20,000 bases of DNA, from NCBI GenBank assembly GCA_023231475.1, contig JALJEE010002175.1, forward strand, positions 122,986 to 142,985. The letters run 5' to 3'. Shown piece after piece: positions 11,814-20,000 of this stretch (position 1 is its first letter; every line of letters begins with the position of its first letter). The translations under genes were made by a program, and so were the position numbers. Source of the stretch: Seison nebaliae. Taxonomy: Eukaryota. The notes beneath the pieces were generated by a model. It was not told the origin of the DNA, ran no database searches, and saw only the letters and a program-made list of their open reading frames with translations.

Positions 11814-12391
11814 TTATAGCAAATATATATATACATATTCGATTGTAAATTGTAAAATTGAATGAATTAACTTATTTGTCATTTTCTATTAACGAAATGT
11901 TAGGAGGATATAAAAGTATTTTTAATTCACTATAATTACCTTTCGGTTTTAAGTAATTTGATTGATTTGGTAAACGTTTTCTATGAATTGACTGATGACG
12001 GAGAAATGTAGATTTTGAGAGGATTTTGCGACGCTAAATAACTTTCGTATGAATGTCGTTCATTTCCATAGGAACAAATTTCCTAAGAGAAAAATGGGAT
12101 CGACAGGAACGAACTTTCACACGAATTACACAACATTTTTACTTCAAATTATTTAAGAAAAATTGTCTAACAATAAAATATATAATATTGTAAGTTAAAA
12201 GTAATTGTCGATGATTAATCGCTATCACGTAAAAGATAAATAATTAATCGTTATGTAAACACAGTTTGATGATATGAATTGTTTATTAACAGTACTGACT
12301 CATTGAAAATGTTGAAGATTTCATTCTCCATTCATTTCTAAAAAATTTGATTTTGATAAAATTAATTTGAGTAGATTCTCCTTCGTAAAAA

Positions 12392-12961
12392 ATGCAACCC
12401 GCCGGCCAATTTAATCCCGCAATGATACCACCCACTACCCAAGTGATTGTGCAACAACCAACGTTCAATTTTTTTCCTTTTCAATATTTTTGAAAATTTC
12501 TTTTATTTAAATAATTTCAGTGTGACTCCACCTCAGAAAGCGTCATTCCACGAATTTATCGATCAATTCAATTCAGGTCTATGTGAATGTCCCAATGGAA
12601 GACATTGTTAGTCTTTCTAATATTAAATCAAATTTTAAATTCTAATTTTGTTTTAAATGATTTTCTATAGGCTTTTGCGCTTATTGTTGTACTTGTTGTT
12701 TTGTCATGGAATTGATGGGAAGAATGGGTGAAACGTGTTGCTCCCAATGGTTTTGTACACATGTTGGTGCCAGTTATATCAGACCAATGGTCCGAACACA
12801 ATTTAGCATTAGAGTTTCTTTTTTTCTAATTTCAATTTTTCAAATAATTCTTTCACTTTTTTCAGGGTTCTATGTCGGACGATTTCTGTAATACTGCCAT
12901 GTGTGGTCCCTGTGTCTTACAACAAGCTGCCAATGAATTAGATTATCGAGGATATCGATAA
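12392..12961 (+). CDS. PLAC8/cornifelin-family Cys-rich protein, 131 aa, 4 exons
   Basis: Exons 12392-12462, 12521-12606, 12671-12813 and 12866-12961 (396 nt) read MQPAGQ...QVIVQQPT...FNSGLCEC...CFCAYCCTCCFVMELMGRMGETCC...IRPMVRTQFSIRGSMSDDFCNTAMCGPCVLQQAANEL, with typical PLAC8 motifs (SGLCxC, IxGSxxDD, CxxxQxxxEL). Introns are 58, 64 and 52 bp, all GTT...AG. Confidence 0.93.
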
Positions 12962-13352
12962 TTTTTATTTTATTAATCGATCATAATTCTTAATATTATT
13001 CTTATTAACGTTTATTGTGGTAATTGCGACGTTCAGTTCATTAATCAGATTTTCAATGAACAATAAATATTTATTTTATTGATTTTTTATTTTTAAACGA
13101 ATGAAATTATAAATTTAATTAGATGAAATTTGATGGGGTTATTTTATGACGGAGATGAGTTAAAATAAATTCAAAAATTTCCCTGATTCTTTTTTAATTA
13201 TGATGGTCGTACTGATGGTTTTGTTTTTGAGTGCTTCCCAAAACTGATGTAGAAGGAGGACAACTGTATAAATTTGAAAATTCACATATCGATGTTGTGT
13301 GGCGATTGAAATGAAAAAAGAAGAAAAATTTAGAGAAACACTCTTCTTAAAA

Positions 13353-14678
13353 TCATCCGACAAAGGAGGTTGTGATGAATGAATAAATATTCAAAATTAA
13401 TCGTCTGACATCAATCGTGTCACGAAGACCCACCGCCATTAGACATGACGCATAAATCAATACGATTGTCGTCAATGGATACATTTGGAATGGGAGACAG
13501 AATAACCATAATGTATTAGAGAAACTACGTCTCATTAACGGTAACGTATAAATGGCATTACTAAAATTAAATAAAGAAATTTGAAATTTAAAAAATTGAA
13601 CTTTTTAATTCTCTCACTATCAGGCGAGAGATGAGTTGATGATAATAATGATTGAGTATCCAACATCGTCGAATTGGTTAATTTTGTATAAATGACAATC
13701 GAATGGATTCGAATCAATTCATTATTCCTCACTACGAAATAATTATCAGGAATTTCATTTTTTTTATTTATCGATTTCTTTTCTGTCAATGAAAAATTGA
13801 AGAAATGTCAAACGAGAAAAAAATTAAACCAATTTCATCTTGAATCACATCACAAACAATTAGAGCTGACATGGAATCGGCATTGAATAATGATCGTTTA
13901 TTATAAGACGTCCATACTCCCAATGATGACGGTTTACTGAATGTTTTCGATAATCCGATATCATCAGTCAAATAAATTCCATCGCCAAATAAATTCGTCT
14001 AAAAAAAAAATTTGAAATTAAAAAATTAAAAATAAAAATATAACATCTTTCGACAAATGAGATAAAAGACCAAAATGAGTAATCGAATGTAAATTTTCGA
14101 ATTTTGTACCATGAAGTAAACGTTTGACGGATTTGCCTTCACTTCTCATTTTCCATTTTCTTTCATATTCAATTCCATATCGTAATTTAACTTGGAGATT
14201 TGAATTTTGGAATTCTTCGCCGTTAAAAGAAATCTGATGAAATTGATATCGTTATTTCCCCGTTTATCAATAATATGGTTATGAATTAACTTGTTTATCA
14301 CATAAATTTTCTTTGACATCATAATGAATGGTAGAATCATCTTCTTTCAATAACCATTCAATAAAATCGATTTGTTCTTCATTAAATTCATTATCTTTAA
14401 TCTTTTTCATCCATTCATTGATTGATGGTAATGAATCAATTATTGTTTTCTATCAAATAATAATTGAAGATGAAAAAGAAGAAATCATATTAAACAATCT
14501 TCTCCAAATCATATTCATTATGATCTTTATCTTTTTTGTATTGGAGCGGTAACGGCGTTGATATAGATGATGCACGTAGACTGCACAAAGCAGCGCTCAA
14601 CTGACATAAAATATAGTCGATTTCAACTGGCGTGTAATTGAGAAGAGTCTTCGACAATACATCGCCACGATTCGTCAT
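13353..14678 (-). CDS. PARP16: PARP16/ARTD15-like tail-anchored mono-ADP-ribosyltransferase, about 362 aa, 6 exons
   Basis: Exons 14678-14496, 14449-14291, 14233-14045, 13998-13830, 13782-13602 and 13560-13353 total 1089 nt in frame. Motifs: LSAALCSLRASSISTPLP, LHGTKFENLHSITHFGL, NLFGDGIYLTDD, IVCDVI and EIPDNYFVVRNNELIR (H-Y-Y triad), plus a hydrophobic C-terminal anchor (YPLTTIVLIYASCLMAVGL). Introns are 41-57 bp, all GTT...AG. Confidence 0.9.
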
Positions 14679-15334
14679 ATTTCTTTCGACGACTTAAACT
14701 AAGTCGAATTAAGAATTCTACGAAACTTCAAGACGAAAAAACAAATTTGATAAAAATAATTTTTTCTTTGATAAATCAATTATCTATGATGTTTACATGA
14801 GAATGAACGAATTTACTCTTCTCAAGCACCTCATATTTTTCACTAGTAAGTCATCTTTACCGTCTCGTCGTCAACATTTATTTGAATTCTATCCAATTTT
14901 CTTCGAAGAAAACTTAAGCTCAACTGATCGACAGTGGGAAGAGAGGATTTATTTGAAGGAAAGAATTCGGAGAGCATCATCTGTCGACGTGTAATTGGTT
15001 ATCGAGAAGAAAGCTTATATATTTAAAAAATTTCTCAAGTAAAATTGTTAATAATTTTTTTGGTAAAAGTATCTTTAATGTATAATAAAACATTTGAGCC
15101 TCAAACTTTTTAATTTTCTTTACTTTTTTTTGAGTGAATAGGAAAATATGAGATAATTAAAAAAGAATAATTCAATAAATTCTTCTTCCAAAAATATTTT
15201 ATTTGAATATTTTTTTAAAGAAATTTTATTTGATAATTACATTTTCATACCAAAAAAATATTAAAATTAATTTTTTACGTTACTCATAATGAAAAAGAAA
15301 GATAAGAGAGAAAACGAAAAGGCTTCCACAAATT

Positions 15335-17690
15335 TCACAAAGTTTTTATTCCACGAACGAATGCATCCTCTTCATACAATTTCCCTACGATAATTCTCCC
15401 ATTAAAATAACGACCATTTAATGAATTGAGAGCATCGGTCGCCCCCTCATTACTTGTAAATTGGACGAATATTCTCACGACAATTTCATCATCCATTTTC
15501 CGCATTGGATGAATATCGATTTTTGTAATTGCTCCATATTTTGTGAGTTCATCTCGAATCTCTTCTTCTAAACTGTCGTCTACTTCATCTTCCGTTACCA
15601 TATTTTCGAGAAGAATGACATTAGAACTTGCGCAATCTTTCGACATCAATTTTTTGATATCAATATTTAATGATGATTCTAAAAATAAATAAAAATTTGA
15701 AAAATTATTTTAAAAAATTAACTTAATATATCGTCGGAATTATTTTCGTTTTCAGGTTCCGGTGGATTATGTCCGTTTGATAATCCGTTGGAATTCTCGT
15801 CTCCTTCCATGTCGACATCACCATCATCATCATCTTCTTCATTTTTCGTATTTTCTTTGTTTTCGTACGTTTTTTCTATTTTCATTATCGGTTCTTTTCT
15901 AGGGGAAATATATTTCCCAAAATTATTATTTTCTTTTTTTGTTTCTTTATTCGATGACAAATCAGATAAATCAATAAAAGTTCCGTCATCTCTTTCTTTG
16001 AAAGAGGCAGGAATTGGAGTTTTTGTAGTGGTAAATTCGATGGCATTTGATTCTTTTTTATCTTTTTTCATTTGTTCTTTCATTTCTTTTAAAATGACTT
16101 GTTCATCTATTTCATTCAAACCAGTTTCTAATATATGAATATTTTTCATTCTTCTCACCATATCCTCCACAATCGGATATGTCGTCACTAAGGGGAAATG
16201 TTTAAGTGCACCAATTTTTGCATTAATTTCTGACGAATTAATTTTTGCACTTAATTCTGAATTTGAAATTTCGAATGAATTCATTTGTTGTTTTGCATCC
16301 ATTACACCATAATCTGTTATACCTTCCGGTGGAGTAACAGCATGTCCGACACGTAACAATTGACCGCCCAAATCGAAAAGATTCATGGATTTGACAGCTT
16401 CTTCTGCTGATTTCGCTTCGACATATTCGACAAAACCGAATCCCTTATGTTTCCTCGTCGCTGAATCCACCATCAATTTACATAAATTAATTTTACCAAA
16501 CGATTCGAAAACCATCTTCACATCTTTCTCATCTAATCTAGCATCGACTGCTGAAATGTAAATTCTATTTCGATTTCTTGCTTCGATCACTAATTCGTCA
16601 ACAACCGGTTGTGCTTGAGGCATATTACTGGGTCGTCCTACTTTAATATTTCTTCCTCCTAAAAGTGCATTGTTCATTTGTTCCAATGCCATTTGAGCGG
16701 CTTCAGGTAAATCATATTCGATGAAAGCGAATCCTTTATGTTTATTTGTTAAACTATCCCAAGACATCGCCACATTCTTCAACGGACCGAACGGAGCAAA
16801 TGCTTGACGTAATGTCACTTCATTCAATTCGAAATTAATACTTCCCACATAAATTCTAAATAAAAATTAATAATTAAAAATTTAAAAAAAATGTATAATA
16901 AAAAATTAAAAATAACCGACACATCAATACGAGAGCTTGTTGTCTTTGTAAAATTTCTTTTTGTTCGTCTTGTTGTAATTGCATTTTCTTCTTGTTAATA
17001 TAATAAATTGTGTCATTAATTGATTGAATTTTAGCACGACGTTTCCCCTCTTCATATGAACGTTTCAAATTGTATCGTTCTAATTTACTTGATAATTTAT
17101 CCGTTTTCAGGATTTTCCCAAATTGCTCCATTTCCATAACGGCGTCGAACGGTTTCTTCGGTTGCAATCTCGATCGATGGATTTTGGGAATCGTGAAATT
17201 GACGTTGGATTCATTGAATTCCTTGTCGTCGACGGAAGATACGTTGGAACTGGTAGAGGTGATGGTTTCCGAATCAGCGTTCAACTGGTGTAAAAGATCA
17301 TCATATACGTGTTTGGATGTCGAATTGTCAGCTGCAAAAGAAAAGATTAGAAGTTCCTCATTGGATTCGAGAAGATGAGATTATGACACTCGTTTCCCTC
17401 TCAAGTTGATTTTAAGATAAAAATTTTATAATTCTATCTATGCCTCTCCGCCAATGCTGATGGGAGATGGGCATTGTCTTCTGAAATAGAAAAAGAGAAT
17501 ATGATGAGAAAGATCGCTTCCATCGTGTATTGGATGGGAGTTGTCCCTGTGCCAAATGAAGAAGAACTGAATCAGGAGGAATTTGCAAAACAATTCTGCA
17601 TTCAGAAAATAAAAGGCAAATGAGAAGATATTAGATCATCTGCAATTCTTGCAAATGTTCCTGTGGGTTATAATAACCTGAAGTTTTCAT
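15335..17690 (-). CDS. PUF60: Poly(U)-binding splicing factor PUF60/half-pint (RRM1-RRM2-UHM), about 634 aa, 4 exons; first exon inferred
   Basis: Exons 17690-17678 (ATGAAAACTTCAG, inferred), 17331-16917, 16855-15723 and 15678-15335 total 1905 nt in frame. Motifs: [78 protein letters not shown], and a C-terminal UHM with LNGRYFNGR. The span 15335-17331 is secure; the 13-nt first exon is less so. Confidence 0.93.
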
Positions 17691-18119
17691 AATCGTCTTT
17701 TGTTCGTTCTCTCTCTCTTTCTTTCTTTGCAGAAGATTATTTCAAATTTATTTTCAAGAAAAAATTATTTTTATATTCTTTTATTTTACTTTCACACTAT
17801 TCTATTCCACATAATTTAATGTGTAACTAATCATGTGTACTAATCACAACATAACAAATTAAAAATTTTTCCTTTTTCAAAATTTTGGCGAAATAAAATT
17901 TTTATACAAATAACCTTGAGTTTCATTCTCCTTTTATATTTTTTCCAACCAAGCATAGTTTTATGTGTAATTTTCCATCACATTAAAATTTTCATTTTGT
18001 AAATAGAAATCGTTTTCAAAATTAGACCTATTTCCAAAAATGGACGAATAGGGCACCTCGATAGAGTCATATTGGGGCGTACGTACCACAACCATGGGAC
18101 ACACGTCTCACGCAACGTA

Positions 18120-18853
18120 GAGATCTCCTACCACTGACCGTAGAGGAGATCGATCAAAAAAAAATTTATCCCGACGGGAATTTCACATTAAAAAAAAAAT
18201 AAAAAATAAAAATCGACCACTGGGCAACAAAAAAAAACAACTTATAATTTTGTTAATCATATTATAGGCATAGTCATAGCTTAATAAGTTTATCAGTAAT
18301 ATGAATTCACTAATAACACTAATAATCATCAAAGTCAAGAACATTGACAAAGAAAAAACTGAAAACAGACGCCGAAAAAAGCCAAGACCAAAATAAGGTC
18401 TTGGAAGAAATTATATATATAGGAAGGAATTGATAAAATCGGACTCTTCTGGAAAGACAATTTATGTACACAATAATAATATCCGTAAAGAACTCTTTGA
18501 ATACGTCAACACTTCATTGAAGGCAACATTTTTTCATAGTTGCTACCTCCGGAGCATACAATTACAAATCAAACTCTTCAAAACATTTTGTTGTCACTTT
18601 AATGGTCTAACAATCATTCCTCTCTTTCTAATATTTTCTTGAATTTACCCCGCCGGGTAATAAACGAATAAAAAAAAATCTGAATATTTTTTATGAATTT
18701 TATTTGGATGAATTTTTTAAAAGACATGAAAATATACAAAAAAACATTTTCTGGTAAAGATTGATCAATTATTTGTTTTTATTAAAATTCCTGTCAGGAT
18801 AAATTGAATTGTTTGATCAATCTCCTCCTCAATGGTCAGTGGTAGAAGATCTG
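18120..18853. mobile_element. Non-autonomous or degenerate DNA transposon (MITE-like), 734 bp, with about 65-bp imperfect inverted repeats and TA on both flanks
   Basis: Left end 18120-18183 (gagatctcctaccactgaccgtagaggagatcgatcaaa...aatttatcccgacgggaattt) is an imperfect reverse complement of right end 18785-18853 (aaattcctgtcaggataaatt...tttgatcaatctcctcctcaatggtcagtggtagaagatctg). TA occurs at 18118-18119 and 18854-18855. Confidence 0.75.
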
Positions 18854-19245
18854 TATAATACCAACTGATAATTTTAAATCAATTAAATAGTTTTTAAATG
18901 TCGATCTTTCTTTCCTTTTGGAATCGACCTTATTCTTCATTTGCAATTTTACATATTACAATTCGCACAATATAATTTCAAACAGATATTTTCAATTGAA
19001 TATAAAACACGATTCCTAATTCTTTGACACATTACAATGATTTTATATTTTTAAAAACAATCTAAAAAATATTTTTATAGATCCCCAAAACTTAAGTTTT
19101 CTTTCGTACACGTGCTTCTTACATGTTACGTTAACAATGAAGCAATGGAACGCGCATAATAAAAGCAAGAATACTTAGGCAAATAAGAAAGCCAAATATT
19201 GATTTATATTTTTTTTAATTTTCTAAATTGTTTTTTTTTCTTCCT

Positions 19246-20000
19246 ATGAAACATTTTCAAATTTGTTTGCTTTGTTGTGTTGTAATATTGGTTCGATGTA
19301 GCAGGAGGCCCAGGATGATGCACCCTAACCATGGAGTAGAGGAAATTGACAATGATTTATCACACGAAGAAGCAGTAATGGTAGAAGGGCGGAAAAGAAA
19401 GATAATTCCGGACGGTAGAGAAAAATTACCTGAAGAACAAGATGTTGTAGAGGGACATGACCCTAAAGGCAATGGTCCTAATCTTGATCCAACGGATTTG
19501 CCCGAATATCAATCAGAAGACGAGTTTGATTTTGATGGAGAAAAATTACCTGAAGAACAAGATGTTGTAGACTACAGTCTACTCTACAAGGTAAGGGGAC
19601 ATGACCCTGATCCAATTGTTAGGAAAAAACAAATAGAAATGGAGGATAGTTTGTTCCTACCTAATGGTAAGAATATTAGTCGTAATGTACTTAAAAAACG
19701 AAGATCTCTCAAAACTCATCACGCATGTGTTAATTCCGTTGCACATGCCAAACGTTGTCCATCTTGTGAAAAAAATCATCTGCCAATACATCAATGTTGG
19801 CAAGCGTATAATAGAAAATTCACTACATTACAAATCCAAAATCCAAATTATGTAAAACCGGAATATAATAGAAAAGAAGAATTTTTCGCTGAGCAACTTG
19901 CCATTTATATGGAGGAAGATCAGCATTTGAATCGTGTTTTGCAAGAAGTAGCAAATATAGGAGAGGAAAAGGTCATTCGTCCGATAAATGATCCTAGAGA
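19246..20000 (+). CDS. Orphan putative secreted protein, 3'-truncated by the window edge (at least 251 codons)
   Basis: The frame is open from ATG 19246 to the window end: MKHFQICLLCCVVILVRC (signal-peptide-like), SRRPR, an acidic region with a duplicated EKLPEEQDVV/GHDP, a basic stretch (LKKRRSLK) and CPSCEKNHLPIHQC. It is absent from the ORF track because no stop falls in the window. Confidence 0.75.
   Translation, partial: MKHFQICLLCCVVILVRCSRRPRMMHPNHGVEEIDNDLSHEEAVMVEGRKRKIIPDGREKLPEEQDVVEGHDPKGNGPNLDPTDLPEYQSEDEFDFDGEKLPEEQDVVDYSLLYKVRGHDPDPIVRKKQIEMEDSLFLPNGKNISRNVLKKRRSLKTHHACVNSVAHAKRCPSCEKNHLPIHQCWQAYNRKFTTLQIQNPNYVKPEYNRKEEFFAEQLAIYMEEDQHLNRVLQEVANIGEEKVIRPINDPR
19418..19571 (+). 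repeat. 34-bp exact direct repeat inside the ORF (period 120 bp)
   Basis: gagaaaaattacctgaagaacaagatgttgtaga at 19418-19451 and 19538-19571. gggacatgaccct also recurs at 19452-19464 and 19596-19608. Confidence 0.95.

Noticed and set aside
13160..13363. Minus-strand ORF containing HQFWEALKNK, reminiscent of a PARP16 C-terminal tail
   Set aside because: The spliced PARP16 already has a hydrophobic anchor and a stop at 13353. I found no convincing splice path into this frame, so it is probably 3'UTR coincidence.
15788..17378. Plus-strand ORFs of 116 and 102 aa
   Set aside because: Antisense shadows of PUF60 exons. The same applies to 3143-3602, 10078-10338, 12286-12468, 14328-14552 and 19257-19472.
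18120..18185. snRNA-like layout on the minus strand (AAUUUUUUUUUG Sm-like site plus stem-loop), considered as a variant U1 or SL RNA
   Set aside because: The same sequence recurs inverted at 18785-18853, so an inverted repeat explains it better. No U1 5' arm or other snRNA stems are recognisable.
1..20000. Alternative genetic code, CRISPR array, tRNA/rRNA or prokaryotic operon
   Set aside because: All in-frame stops in conserved genes fall inside GT-AG introns. I saw no repeat-spacer array or structural RNA signature.

Overview
AT-rich eukaryotic DNA, probably from an invertebrate animal, in the standard genetic code with tiny spliceosomal introns (41-64 bp). I could splice five recognisable genes by hand: EMC3 (-, 8 exons), an SLC7/LAT-type amino acid transporter light chain (+, 2 exons), a PLAC8/cornifelin-family gene (+, 4 exons), PARP16 (-, 6 exons) and PUF60/half-pint (-, 4 exons). 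Also present are a large low-complexity exon of an unidentified gene (-), an orphan signal-peptide ORF that runs off the right edge and is missing from the ORF track, a decayed Tc1/Tc3-like transposase, and a 734-bp element bounded by inverted repeats. The main observation is that all 18 introns fixed by reading frame and protein homology begin GTT, never GTA or GTG. G at +5 is mostly absent, and textbook GTAAG strings sit apparently unused inside coding sequence. This suggests a rewired 5' splice-site code and possibly a divergent U1/U6 recognition system. Family assignments come from remembered protein motifs, not from database searches.
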